A stretch of DNA of 64,000 bases from Squalus acanthias. Its lineage: Eukaryota. Shown piece after piece: positions 1 to 11,844 of the stretch; the stretch's first letter is position 1, and every line of letters begins with the position of its first letter. Under the pieces are notes generated by a model. The model saw nothing but the letters and a program-made list of their open reading frames with translations. It was not told the DNA's origin and did not search any database. The stretch spans positions 62,496,001-62,560,000 of the forward strand of contig CM059430.1 in assembly GCA_030390025.1 (NCBI GenBank), read 5' to 3'. Position numbers and translations under genes: made by a program.

Positions 1-610
1 AAAGTGCCGGACGGGCACAATGGGCCGCATGGTCTCCTTCCGTGCTGTAAGTTTCTTTGATTCTACGTGGCCATATGGGCAGACAGATGTTTGCAGGACA
101 TAAAACAATTGGTAGCTTCTTTCAACAGCTTCACCCGTTTCACATCAGGAGCGTCACCTGGACTGGAAGTCAGAATGCAGTAACGCGACACATAAATCAA
201 TGCACAGGTTTTGCAGTATTACTCGCCAAAAATGAGCACGAATCGTTGATTTGTGAGCGGTTGTATATAATATATTTTTATTGAATTCATGTTTGATGAT
301 AATTAGTTACAGCAAGGCTATTAGCGTATCATTGTAATCGAAAGAATAGAGATTTGTCTTCAGTTAAATAATAGATTTAACATTAAAGTACGTCAGGAAA
401 GTTAGATTTCTTAAAAACAACTAAAAGAAAATTTATCAAGTAATTGTACAGTAATAAATAGCTATCGACTGCTTTCTCTGATATATTACTGGAATGCTTT
501 ACCTCCTGGAGGAATGGTATGCCACGCTTTACAAACCCGTGGAGTTGATATGGCAGCGGAATGCGATTAGTACACACCTATAATGTGGTTTCTGCATCTA
601 AAATGTAATG

Positions 611-784
611 CTAATTGATTTTTGCTTCTGTGTACAAAGGCTCTGTAACTCCTCTTTGTTTTTTTGTCTGCAACTGGGCATACTCTGTGCTTCTTTCGTT
701 ATGTTTGCATTTCCCCGTTTTCTCTGAGCCAGTCAATGCTAGAGTCGTGTATGTCAGCTTGTCACGGCCTGTTCCTTTTTCGGT
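611..784 (-). CDS. Gene A terminal exon 7 (distal duplicate), ITIM plus ITSM
   Basis: tttcag|TEKGTGRDKLTYTTLALTGSEKTGKCKHNERSTEYAQLQTKKQRGVTEPLYTEAKIN*, matching ORF 611..796. Confidence 0.85.
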   Translation of the reverse strand, partial: TEKGTGRDKLTYTTLALTGSEKTGKCKHNERSTEYAQLQTKKQRGVTEPLYTEAKIN

Positions 785-991
785 CTGAAAAGCCAATGTT
801 TGGGAATATTGTTAATTGGGCTTTTTGCAAGTTCAGTGGACTGCTGCTCAAAGCAGATATCAGAAGGACGCACAAATAGCCTCAATACAACACACGGTTA
901 AATTCAGCACAAACATATTCCTTCTGCTATCGCATTAATGTTGATCTTACACTGGTGATCTATGTTTCTCTGATCTGTCACTTAGCCCTAC

Positions 992-1093
992 CTGATCGTA
1001 CACGGTACCCTGCTCTTCACGTTTACGTCTTGGAGTTTTCCTGGCTTTGCTCATTTCGAATGCAACATAATGCAGGATCTCAGCCGCTGCTCC
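992..1093 (-). CDS. Gene A cytoplasmic exon 6 (distal duplicate)
   Basis: catgcag|GAAAEILHYVAFEMSKARKTPRRKREEQGTVYDQ|gtaggg. It is 102 nt, and its ITIM is degenerate (LHYVAF). Confidence 0.8.
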
Positions 1094-1369
1094 CTGCATG
1101 GGTCACAAAGAAAATGTTTGGTTATGTCATCAGTACATTGTTTTCACCAGTTTATGTACCGCTGATCAAACATTGAGCAGATTGACCGGGGCTGGAGATC
1201 AAGTGCACAAACGGTAGTTCATATATATTTAGATAAGTGGGAATATTAAGGCACTGTGGTCAATATAACTAATATTTAAACCTGTCAATGTTCATGCTGC
1301 AACACAGTGTTACATAAATCTTCAAAGGTGTGGCAGCTTTAGAAGGTAAAGTTTTTTTTCAAATCCAAA

Positions 1370-3680
1370 GGTACTTAAGTTTTAGAAGAGATAGTCAAAA
1401 TTTAAAAGGAGGGACGGTAGCCCTGATAATAATGGAGGGGATAAAGACAGTAGAAAGCAAGCATCTTAGCTCGGAAAATCAAGGTATCGAATCATTTGGT
1501 GGACCTAAGAAACAACAAGGGACAACACGGTTGGTATTAGTGCATTGGCCCCCTAACACTATTTGTAGTGTCGGGCACAGTATAAATCAGGAAATTTGAG
1601 GTGCGCGTAACAAGGTGGAGTAAACATTGTGGAGATTAATTTTCATATCGACTGGACAAACCACATTTGCAGTAAATGTGCAGCCAACGAGTTGTTGAAA
1701 TGCATTCAAGATAGTATTCTGGATCAAAATATCGAGGAACCAACTAGGGAACAGGCTATTTTAGAACTAGTATTGTGCAACGAGACAGGGTTAATTAATA
1801 AACTTGTATTAATGGATCCCCTGGGGAAGAGTGATCATAATATGAGAGAATTTTATATTGGCCCAGAATTTGTGGTGGAAATGATGGCGTACTCTTGGAG
1901 TACGCAGTCATACTGTCTTTGAAATTGACCACAAGTTCAGGATTTTGCATGCGCCTGCTTATTCGCTAAATCCAGAACTTGCGGTCCATCAATGTGCGCA
2001 TTGACAGACTATCTACAGACCCATCAAAAACCTAATTGCTGGTACAGAGTGGGCAAATTGCCCACCAACTGCCCAGCAATTATGTACGGAAAATTTACGG
2101 CTGGTGGAAGCAGTCGCAGGGCCTGTTTCCACAGTGTAAGGGGATACCCGAAATGGAAAAAAAAAACTTTATTTTTAATTAAATGACATCCAGGAACATT
2201 AAAAGCTTTAATGAGAAGCAATCCTAATGTATGATAAAGCAGCAGGTTTTAAAACTAATAATTACATTCCATAATTTTCTGCACAGTGCACGGTATTTAT
2301 TTAGAAGTGGGAATTACGAGTAATTAATTGGATTCCCATGAGAAAAGCGCAATCTGTAATGTATTTTAAAGGCTGTAGTGATGAAGTAACGTAGTAATTT
2401 AAGTGAATGAAAGACAATCTGTTACCTGATTGGAGGACCAGGCCCACGTGTTCCCAGGTACGCTTCTGCACAGGCTGCTTCCCTGGGACCTGTGAGCCAT
2501 TACCCTGCCCTCCCACTCGCAGCGTCAGAGAGCAAGCTTACAAAGGAGGGCCACCATCGGGTTGGAGCGTAATCTTTTTGTAGGTCTGCGCCACACTCCG
2601 GAGCGATGCCGTGGAGCGCAATTTTGGGGCTATTGTGTTTGAGTGATTTAGTTAAGTCCGAATTTGGGAGCAAATCTGAACAAATCAGAATACGTAGGTA
2701 TGAGTGGTTGTTGGCTGAGGTAGATTGGTAAACTAGATTAACAGATATGATGGTAAATAAGCAATGGCAAGCATTTAAAGAATCAATTTATTATTCACAA
2801 CAAATATACATTCCCTTAAGGAATAAGAACCCCACGCAAAAATTGGTTCAACCGTGGCTTACAAGAGAGTTTAAAATAGTATTAAATTAAAGGAAAAGGC
2901 TTATAATGTTGACAAGAAAGAGTAGTAAACCAGAGAAGTGGGAGGATTTTAGAATTTAGCAAAGGGTGAGCAAAAAATTGATAAAGAAAGAGAAAAAAGA
3001 ATATGAGATTAAGCTAGCAAGAGACATGAAAACAGATTGTGAAAGCTTCTATAGATATGTAAAAAGGAAGATGTTTGCGAAAATAAACGTGGGTCACTTA
3101 CAGACTGAGACAGGAGAAATTATAATGGGGAATAAGGAAATGTCCGAAACATTATACAAATATTTTGTGTCCGTCTTCAGTGAAGAAGACAGAAAAAAGA
3201 TTCTGTAAATAGTGCGTAACCAAGGTTCTAATGAGAGTCAGGAACTTAAAGAAATTAGTAATAGTAAATAAATTGTACTGGAGAAATTAACGGGACTAAA
3301 AGCTGACAAATCTCCTGGATCTTATGGACTATACACTATGGTTTTACATCAGGAGGCTACAGAGATAGTGCAAGCATTGGTTTTGATATTCCAGAATTAC
3401 CAAGATTCTAGAACGGTCCCTGTGCAATGGAAGGTAGCAAATGTAACCCGCTATACAAAAAAGGAGGGTGAGAGACAACAGGGAACTATAGGCCAGTTGG
3501 CCTGACATCTGATGTAAGGAATGCGAGCATATGTTATTAGGGCCGTGGTAACAGAGCAGTTAGAAAATTATAATATGGGCAGAGTCAACACGGATTTATG
3601 AAAGGGAAATCATGTTTCAAAAATCTGTTAAGAGTTTTTTGAGCTTGTAACTAGCAGGGTAGATAAGAGGGAGCAAGTGA
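1370..3680 (+). mobile_element. CR1 LINE ORF2 remnant, interrupted by a MITE
   Basis: Endonuclease motifs EPTREQAILELVLCNE and LGKSDHN are followed by the RT N-terminal region. Confidence 0.9.
1860..2631. mobile_element. Non-autonomous DNA transposon (MITE), PIF/Harbinger-like
   Basis: TIRs GGCCCAGAATTTG / CAATTTTGGGGCT, a 3-bp ATT target duplication on both sides, and it splits the CR1. Confidence 0.75.
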
Positions 3681-3972
3681 GTTTATCATCAGTTAAATGA
3701 TAGATTTAACTTAAGCATGTGAGGAAGGTTACTGTTTCTTAAAAGCAGCTAAAAGAAAATTCATCAAATAATTGAACAGTAAGTAACGACTATAGACTGC
3801 ATTCTCTGATATATCACTGGAATGGGTTACCTCTCGGAGGAATGGTATCGCACGGTAAACATACGCGTGGAGTTGATATGGCAGCAGAATTCGATCAAAA
3901 CACAACAAAAAAGTGTTTTCTGCAGCAAACTTTATTGCTAATTGATTCTTACTTCTGTGTAGACAGCCTCTA

Positions 3973-4107
3973 TTACTCTTTGTTTTTTGTCTGCAGCTGG
4001 GCATACTCTGCGCTTCTTTCATTAATTTTGCATTTCCCCGTTTGCTCTGAGCCAGTCAATGCTAGAGTCGCGTATGTCAGCTTGTCACGGGCTGTCCCTT
4101 TTTCGGT
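3973..4107 (-). CDS. Gene A terminal exon 7 (proximal copy), ITIM plus ITSM-like motif, truncated tail
   Basis: ttacag|TEKGTARDKLTYATLALTGSEQTGKCKINERSAEYAQLQTKNKE*. A 4-nt deletion relative to the other copies removes the last YTE motif. Confidence 0.85.
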   Translation of the reverse strand, partial: TEKGTARDKLTYATLALTGSEQTGKCKINERSAEYAQLQTKNKE

Positions 4108-4309
4108 CTGTAAAGCCAATGTTTGGGAATATTGTTAATTGGCTTTTTGCAAATTCAGTGGACTGCTGCTGAAAGCAGACAGAAGGACGCACAAATAACC
4201 TCAATACAACACACGGTTAAATTCAGCATCAACATATTCCTTCTGCTATCGTATGAATGTTGATATACACCAATGATCTATGTTTTTCTGATCTGTTACT
4301 CATTCTTAC

Positions 4310-4411
4310 CTGAGCGTACGCGGTTCTCCCCTCTTCACGTTTAGGCTTTGGAGTTTTCCTGGCTCTGCTCAAATCTAATGCAGCATAATGCACGGTCTCA
4401 GCCGCTGCTCC
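4310..4411 (-). CDS. Gene A cytoplasmic exon 6 (proximal copy), ITIM plus second Tyr motif
   Basis: catgcag|GAAAETVHYAALDLSRARKTPKPKREEGRTAYAQ|gtaaga. It is 102 nt, phase 0-0. Confidence 0.85.
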
Positions 4412-4757
4412 CTGCATGGGACAGAAAGGAAATGTTTGCTTATGAGGCCAGTTCATTGCCTTCACCAGTTTACGTACCGCTGATCAAACATTGAACAGAT
4501 TAATCTGGGCTAGAGATCAAGTGCACAAACCATAATTCATATATATTTAGATAAGTGGGAATATTAAGACACTGCGATGACTATATCTAATATTTAAACC
4601 TGTCAATGTTCACTCTGCAATACAACGTTACAGAAATGTTTAAATTGAGAGGCAGCTTTAGACTGTAAAGTTCTTTTTTTTAAATCCAAAGAATAGATTA
4701 ATCTATAAACAGATATCACCGAGATTTTCAACGAAACAGGCAGTTTTCATTTCTGCC

Positions 4758-5600
4758 ATGGAGAGGGGAGCAGAAAGGATCAAACCAGGAGAGGAGAGCG
4801 GATCGAGTGGGGAGGAGGTGCGATCAAAGGGCAGAGGAGAGTGGATCGAAGCGGGGAGAGCAGCTCGTATAAATAGGAGCTCGCAGAAAGGAGCTCACAG
4901 GGGGAAAGGAGCTCGGAGAGAGATAAGCTCGGAGAGGGGAGAGGGGAGAGGGGAGAGAGGAGTTCGGAGTGGGGAGGGAGGAGCTCAGAGAGGGGGAGAA
5001 GATCAGGAACTCGCGGGGGGGGGGCGGGGTGGGAGGTAATGTCATCAACTCGGGGAGAGAAAATCAGGAGCTTGTTGGGTGGGGCACGGTGAGAAAGATG
5101 GGGAGGTGGGAGGAACGTGGTCCAGGTCTAAAGCAGGGGGCTGAGATGAAGAAAGTGATCCAGATAGGAAGATGCAGATGCACATGCGCACTCGATCTAG
5201 TCGTGCATGTGCAGTAACAAATGGTGCGGCGGCTGCGGCCTGCACAAGCACATTTTCGTCAGCTGCGTGCGGAGAAGGTCAGGGGAATTTGGGGAGAGAG
5301 GATAGTGGATTGAAGGTGAGAGAAGAGGGGGGGGAGTTAAAGTGGGCAGCAGAGTGGATCCAAGGGGGCAGGGAGGAGAGGGGATCGAAGTGGGGGAGAC
5401 GAGCTCGGAGAGAGAGGAGCTCGGAGAGAGAGGATATCAAAGAGGGGAGAGAGGAACCCGCAGAGTGTGAAGAAGGCCAGGAACTCGGAGAAAGGTCAGG
5501 AACTTCTTGGGGGGTAGTACAGTGAGAACAGAGGGGAGGAAGGAAGAATGTGATCCAGGTCTAAGGGGGGGTGGGGGGGTGTGAGCAAAAACGTGATCCA
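4758..5600. repeat. G/A-rich low-complexity region with internal duplication
   Basis: It has recurrent GGAGCTCGGAGAGAG and GGATCGAAG units and G-runs; ~4760-5150 resembles ~5340-5600. Confidence 0.65.
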
Positions 5601-5859
5601 ACTGGGAAGGTAGATCACGTTCTCCCGCCCGCTGTTCGGACTGGACTACGCTCTTCCACCCACTCCGTTCAAACCTGCGCAACGTTCGCCCTCTCCTTCC
5701 CCACCAACACCACCCAGACCGCAACAGTTCAAGAAGGCAGCTCAATACCATACACTCAAAGGCAAATAGGGATGGGCAATATATAAATTAATGCTAAATA
5801 TGAGAGCGTATTCTGTGTTGGTCCTATAACCTGAATAACATTACATTTATGTTTTATTT

Positions 5860-6270
5860 GCCGGACTTGACTATTCCAATGTTCTCCTGGCCAGCTCCCA
5901 TCTTCCACCGTCAGTGAACTTGAGATCATCCAAAACTCTGCTGCACTTATCCTAACATGCAGCAACTCTCATTCACCCACTACCCCTGTGCTCGTTGACC
6001 TACATTGGCTCATGGTCCACCATCAATGTTCCCGCTAAGCTACACGGTCACGCAGCTGTCAGGAGGTCCCATGCAGCCTGCTTACCGGCGTTTGAATGTG
6101 AGATTTGGTGCAATCGGGAAATGATGAATGGGCTGTGCAGCCCGTTAAAGGGATCGTGCACCCCCCCAAAATTAGGAGGAACATTGTGAACCAACGCATT
6201 GATTTTAAAATTCTCATCCCCATTTTAAAATCCCTCCATGGCCTCACTCCTTCCTATCTGAACTCTGCAT
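5860..6270 (+). mobile_element. L2-like LINE 3' fragment
   Basis: It contains L2-type C-terminal coding sequence (IQNSAA..L, FKIL..FKSLHGL.PSY). Confidence 0.6.
6024..6186. mobile_element. Short MITE, probably hAT-derived
   Basis: TIRs CAATGTTCC / GGAACATTG, inserted in the L2 fragment; the TSD is imperfect. Confidence 0.55.
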
Positions 6271-6646
6271 TGTGAGCGCTGTGAGTGCTCCTAACCCGAA
6301 AGGGTGAGCCCTGTCTGTTTTCTGAAAGCAGTAGTGTTCGCACTGTGAGCTCTGGAGCCTAGCTGTCACAATGAATGGATCATATTACTCATTGCAAAGA
6401 TCTTGATTACTCTCCAGCAGGCATGGTCAAATTACACATTTCAGACAAACTGTTGAGTGGGTCTTGTCCTCCAAGGGGACCGATCAGAAATCTGATCTTG
6501 TCCTCGAAGGGGACCAATCAGAAATTTCGTGTTGCAACCAGACACGACCGTAGACTTAAGCTATTCTGACGTGATTATGACATAATCTTTCCATTATAGC
6601 AACCTTGACATTTCAACCATCTACCAGGATGAATGAATGAACGTAC

Positions 6647-6690
6647 CGGCTCTTCACGGCGGTTCGGTCTCGTTACACATTCTTCTTTAA
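6647..6690 (-). CDS. Gene A exon 5, short cytoplasmic exon
   Basis: ttttcag|(V)KEECVTRPNRREEP|gtacgt. It is 44 nt, phase 1-0, and conserved with 50869-50912. Confidence 0.8.
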
Positions 6691-7348
6691 CTGAAAATGA
6701 ATGAAATTGAATGATATTGAAAGATTGAAATATTTACTCAGTTTCTGTGTCAATGATTGAAAAGACATTTCTAGAGTCAGAACAAAGCAGAAACTAATTT
6801 CCAATTTCGCATTGTGCCGATAGTGTTTGAAATCCCAGCCCTTGTAGCGATCAGCAATGGTGCATTTTTTGGATTTTTTTTCGAAAACTGAGGGAATCGT
6901 TTTGGACACTAAAGGAATCAAGGGATATGGGAATAGGGTGGGAAAGTGGTTTTGAGGCTCGAGGTGTCGTATAGCCTACATCTGATCCTATTTCTTATGT
7001 TCAGATGTGTACAACCATTCCCCGGCCAGAATCTCACACTCTTTCACTCAAACTAGTTGTGCTTCCACAACAGAATGTGTTGGAAAGTGATTGTGTGTCA
7101 GGGTACATGTCATTTATTATGCTGCAATGGGGGCATTTTTGTTGCAAACATCCAGATAATTATCTCCATTTTTATTACGATTCTCTGAGAATGTCTGCGT
7201 TTTAAAATGCATTTGGTACAATCGGCGCTCTCTGAAAACAGCTCACACGGTTTTCAACTTTAATTCCTAATCGAGTTCTCATTTCCCCGTGTTACCCTGA
7301 GACTGTCACGACAGTGAACTAAAATGAAGTGCTTACATTAGATCTTAC

Positions 7349-7462
7349 CGTCATTATTCTGCAGTCGGCACCACGTCCCAATGAAGATCATTAGCACTAG
7401 AAACGCCAATCCACCCACCGCACACGCAGAAGCCCAGAAGTAAAGTGAATTATCGACAATAC
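7349..7462 (-). CDS. Gene A exon 4, transmembrane exon
   Basis: cttgcag|GIVDNSLYFWASACAVGGLAFLVLMIFIGTWCRLQNND|gtaaga. It is 114 nt, phase 1-1, with no charged TM residue. Confidence 0.88.
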
Positions 7463-8482
7463 CTGCAAGATTAATAGGAACATTAAGTTTTGACGAGCGA
7501 TGGCTAAGAATAGGCCTCAAGATCGTTTATTGGTTGAACTATGGCGATGCTTTCAGTAACTCCGGGGTATAAAACGGGAATAAGAAAGTTTAAAATCAAA
7601 ATATTATTTATTTTAGATATAATATTTGAAGTAACTTCTTGATCGAATGGATGTAACATACTGGATTAATCTGCACATCGCACTACCGGTTTAGGGATCT
7701 CAAAACAATGTTTTTGGAGAGTTAGAATACGAGAGAAATCAATTTCCCATGACCAAAAGACTTGTTCTTGTTATTGAACGTTCTTATTTATTAACATATA
7801 GTTTGAGGAAATTGGAGGCAATTTTGTCACAAGCGTTTCTTCGATGCCTGCTCAAAATTCTGGATTGTAGCAAAATGTTAAAATTCCCCTTTCAATTATC
7901 CGAATTGTGTTCATTAAAGTAAGAATGTCATTGACTAGTAAAGGATATCAACGGGCGATGGTTCATTGTCTTGGGGACGGGAAGATTTGTTCACAATATG
8001 ATATATTGAACCGGCTGTACTGTCGCCTGTTTGCGGGCACAGTTTAAATGAGATATATGAGACAGATTCCAATTAAAGCTGCAGTGACATGAACGGGTGA
8101 GGGGTAAAAGCTGACCAGGGGTTAATTTCATATCTCTACAGTAGAATTAGCCGATAGGGGATAGAGGATCAAGAACTGCATTGGAAGAAGCCCGAGTGCA
8201 AACAACATGACTGCAGCTCCTGCTAACAGTCTTGGTTCAAGGAGACCAGGCTATGGTAAAGAAGAAAACAATCTTATCTTTCAAACAAAAGAATTTGAAA
8301 CGTTATTAATAATAAGTAGGTGAGGAAATATAACGGGTTAGAAAAGACAAACTCATGTTTATGATTGTAATACAATATATAAAAAAAAATTTGAAATCAA
8401 ATAAGCTTTGACTGAATATACTTGTGTGGAGAGCGATATAACCCGGTTTTACAATACATTGGGTTCAATTATATTATACATT

Positions 8483-9229
8483 GGCCCAGAAATTAAAGAC
8501 GGAGCCTTCCTGCGGGGGTAAGGCTTCCCCGCGATATCTCACTGCACGCCTGCATTTTCCTTCTGAGCTCACACGAACTTTATTATCAAGACTGCAGCTG
8601 TGCAGTGTGTGCGTATCCCACAGACGCAGTTAGTTCGTGCGAGCTGTGGGATCACGTGATTCAGTTAGAGCCAATGGCAGCACACCATCTTTTATTCATA
8701 GTTTTCACAGCAAGGGCTGTCAAAGCTATGAATCTATACCCCCCCAAAAAGAACAGCTAAACCTCAATTATTATTTTTTTTTTAAAAACATCACATTAAT
8801 AAAATAAGTATAGTTAAATAAATTAACCACTTTAAACAAAAAATTAAATTTTTGAAAAAATTTAAAATCTTTTTAAAAGTTATAAAAATAAACTTACCTT
8901 TCTTTAAAGTCTCTAAAAAAGATATACCTGTTGAAAAAAATTCAAAATTATACTTAATTAACTACTTACCTTGTTAAAAGAGGGTCTTACGCCTCCTTTC
9001 TTCATGTGCAAAATCTTCCATGCTAACCTGCGCGTTCAAAGCACTAAGTGCACTGCGTGGGCGCAGCCTGTAGCGTGCACGCGGTTCACTTAGGAACCGC
9101 CCCCTTTTGAAATCACCAAGTGCCGGTTTTCAGCGCATGCGCATTGCATGCAGAAAACCGGCAATTGGAGACAGAATACGCGAGAGTACACAGTGCGTAC
9201 TCTCGCGTACTGAGACTAATTTTTGGGCC
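8483..9229. mobile_element. Harbinger-like MITE in gene A intron
   Basis: TIRs GGCCCAGAAATT / AATTTTTGGGCC with an ATT TSD. It has GC-rich arms and an AT-rich core, and is an inverted near-copy of 38473-39216. Confidence 0.8.
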
Positions 9230-9380
9230 ATTATAACATGAATTTAATGCTTTGGTTGAAATTCCTCATGAGACTTCCGTGGACTGTCTTCATGATTATT
9301 AATAAGTGCAAACTGTACGATATATCTCTTTACGAATTTAACAGTGGCTGGCTCTCCTTTTTGGTCTGTTCGCTTCATAC

Positions 9381-9693
9381 CTTGGTTAGATTTAGAAACA
9401 GTATGGGTGACAAGAGCTGGAGTCTCGTGAGAGACATGAGAAACCAAACAGTTATAACGGGCGTCGCTCGGAACAGGCTGTGTCTCAACCAAAGAGCTGG
9501 AAACTTCAAACAGTCCCTCCGTGTTCTGCACTTTCCTGGTATGTATTCCTAATGCAGTTTCGATGCCATTTTTATACCAAGTGAGGGTGAAATTCTCCGG
9601 AAAAAAACGCAGCCGTTTCAAACACAAAAGACAGAGAAGCAGGCGAATTCCCTTCAGGTGTCCTGGAGACAATCTTCAGTGGGGTTGGGGCCG
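9381..9693 (-). pseudogene. Gene A exon 3, C1-set Ig domain, frameshifted
   Basis: Reads AAPTPLKIVS...FVFETAAF then FFPENFTLTWYKNG...GLFEVSSSL...YNCLVSHVS, with C1 motifs F.P..(I/F)...W.KNG and Y.C.V.H. The exon is 313 nt (+1, in the A7 run at 9601-9607). The B-strand Cys is TTT (Phe). Confidence 0.9.
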
Positions 9694-10211
9694 CTGCGGA
9701 ACAGAGATTGCACAAAGTCGAGTTACTGGGCACCATTGGGAAATTCAATACTATTCTGATTTACGTTCGGTACATTTTATTACAACAGCACCATTCGAAA
9801 GCGCAGCCTCCTGTCCATTTAATGTTACGCTCATCATCTACACACACCTGATCCATATCTCTCATAGACGCCCGCATCTGTACAAATTTACCCGCGCTAT
9901 CAATCCAAGCCTTTGAGTTACTTAGCAGACAAGCCGCAAAGATTTGCTAATCAATGTTAGCTTTTCAAAGTCCAAAGAATTAAGCAAGTAAACCTCGGGG
10001 CAAGTTTGCGCGCTGAGTCCCTCCGTATTAGGAACAGATAGACAGTGACCAGTAATCTGCACATTGTGGGTGGCAAAATGAGGGGCCCAGTCGGTATCGG
10101 ACAGATTTCACAGCCGAAGCATGACAATTGGTGACAGAAATGATAATCGGTTGAACCTCGGGAGGTTTCAGCAACACAGTTCCTCGGTACTGTTTAAAGT
10201 ATTGGGGATTC

Positions 10212-10860
10212 ACAGAATCAAAGAATCACAGAAATTTACGGCACGGGAGGAGGCCATTTGGCCCATCGTGTCTGTGTCGGCCTAAGAAGAACTATCCAAC
10301 CAAATCCCACTTTCCAGCTCTTGGTCCGTAGCCTTGTAGATTCTGGCACTTCAAGTGCATATCCAAGTACTTTTTAAATGTGATGAGGGTTTCTGCCTCT
10401 ACCACCCTTTCAGACAGTGAGTTCCAGACCTCCACTACCCTCTGGGTGAAAAGATTTCTCATCAACTCCCCTATAATCCTTCTACCCATTACTTTAAATA
10501 TATGCCTCCTGGATATTGACCTCTCTGCTAAAGAAATAGATCCTTCCTATCCACTCTAACCAGGCTCCTCATAATTTTATACAGCTCAATCAAGTCTCCC
10601 CTCAGCCTCCGCTGTTCCAAAGAAAACAACCCCAGTCTATCCAATCTTTCCAAATAGCTAAACTTCTCCAGACATGGCAACATCCTCGTAAATCTTCTCT
10701 GTACCCTCTCTGGTACAATCACATCTTTCCTGTAATGTGGTGAACAGAACTGTACGCAGTACTCCAGCTGTGGCCTAACTTGTGTTTTATACTGTTCAAG
10801 CATAACCTCCCTGTTCTAACATTCATTGACTCGGCTAATAAAGCAAAGTATCCCGGACGC
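10212..10860 (-). mobile_element. CR1 LINE 3' end
   Basis: Motifs VRPQLEYCVQF, ERVQRRFTRMLP and FTQRVVEVWNSL, plus a GATTCT-type tail. Confidence 0.92.
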
Positions 10861-11382
10861 CTTTTTAGGTTAGTGAGGTGACAACGTTGTGTGTTCCAAG
10901 CTCCAATTTGTTGAGTGAAGACGTTGATCAACAGTTAGTTTCACCCTGGCTTTCTAATCCCTGACGCTAACATTATGTGAGAATTAATTTCAGGAATGTT
11001 AAACCGCAGAGACAGCGATGGGGGCAGACAAAGCATCAGTATTGGACTAAGAGCCGTGTATATGTTGGGAAAGTTGTATTAACATAAATGATTTCCAGTC
11101 TTGCAATTTGTTCAGAAATTCCGCTATCAGACATCTGGTGTGTAAATTGTAGAGTTATAGTCTAACTGGTTAATATTGATACATTTTGCATTACTCTGCC
11201 TGTGACATTGAATATCTAATTAGCAGTTCTACACAGAGAACACGAACATACAACTTAACTTACCTAGAAATGTATTATTAGGCATGTGTATACTTCCAAA
11301 GGCGGTGCAATAAAACAATCACAAAACATCCCCGTTTGTTATGTTCGATATATTTACGACTGTGCCAATCTCCTGTGTTTCA

Positions 11383-11681
11383 CACTTACTATTAGATGTG
11401 ATCCGGTTCCATTTCCTCGAACTATTCCCCGATGGAACACTGCACAGTGATAGACTCCAGAATCTTGGAAAGTCGCGCTCAGCAACTGAAAGAACCCGCT
11501 CGCTTTCTGTTATCGGCGCTTGTGCGCAGGTATTCATTTTCACCCTGTTTCCAACAATACACTCTTACGTTGGAATTGTCCTGCGAGATGGGGAACAAGC
11601 AGTATAAGGTGATGTTCCCCCCTCTGGATACAGTCGCTTGTTTTGGCACTTGAGTCACTCTGAACGTATTGTTGTCCGCTG
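11383..11681 (-). pseudogene. Gene A exon 2, V-set Ig domain with J-like end, frameshifted
   Basis: Acceptor ttctgacag. Reads AADNNTFRVTQVPKQATVSRGGNITLYCLFP...WKQGENEYLRTSADNRKR, then after a ~22-nt deletion FFQLLSATFQDSGVYHCAVFHRGIVRGNGTGSHLIVS. The 3' donor is not canonical, so the end is approximate. Confidence 0.88.
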
Positions 11682-11844
11682 CTGTCAGAAAATATAGTCA
11701 AGTACAGGTAATTGGTATTGGAGATGACCTGGAGATAGAAGACAGAAAAAAACCTAGATAGAGATATTGCGGTTCACTAAATGAATGTGGAAACTACTTC
11801 GGATATATAAATTAAAGTAGCTGGGACAATGAATAAAGAGTTAC

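Larger units (their letters stand above)
350..1370 (-). repeat. Distal copy of duplicated cytoplasmic-exon module
   Basis: It is a direct repeat of ~3685-4690 and an inverted repeat of ~59715-60700. Confidence 0.9.
3685..4690 (-). repeat. Proximal copy of duplicated cytoplasmic-exon module
   Basis: It matches 350-1370 colinearly along its whole length. Confidence 0.9.

Noticed and set aside
4758-5786. Several overlapping Gly/Glu/Arg-rich ORFs
   Set aside because: These are low-complexity artefacts with no domain or splice support.
11443-11449. Perfect RSS heptamer CACAGTG at the Y-H-C codons of the gene A V exon
   Set aside because: There is no nonamer at 12 or 23 bp, it arises from His-Cys codons, and gene B has CACTGCG. 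V and J-like parts are in one exon, so there is no evidence of rearrangement.
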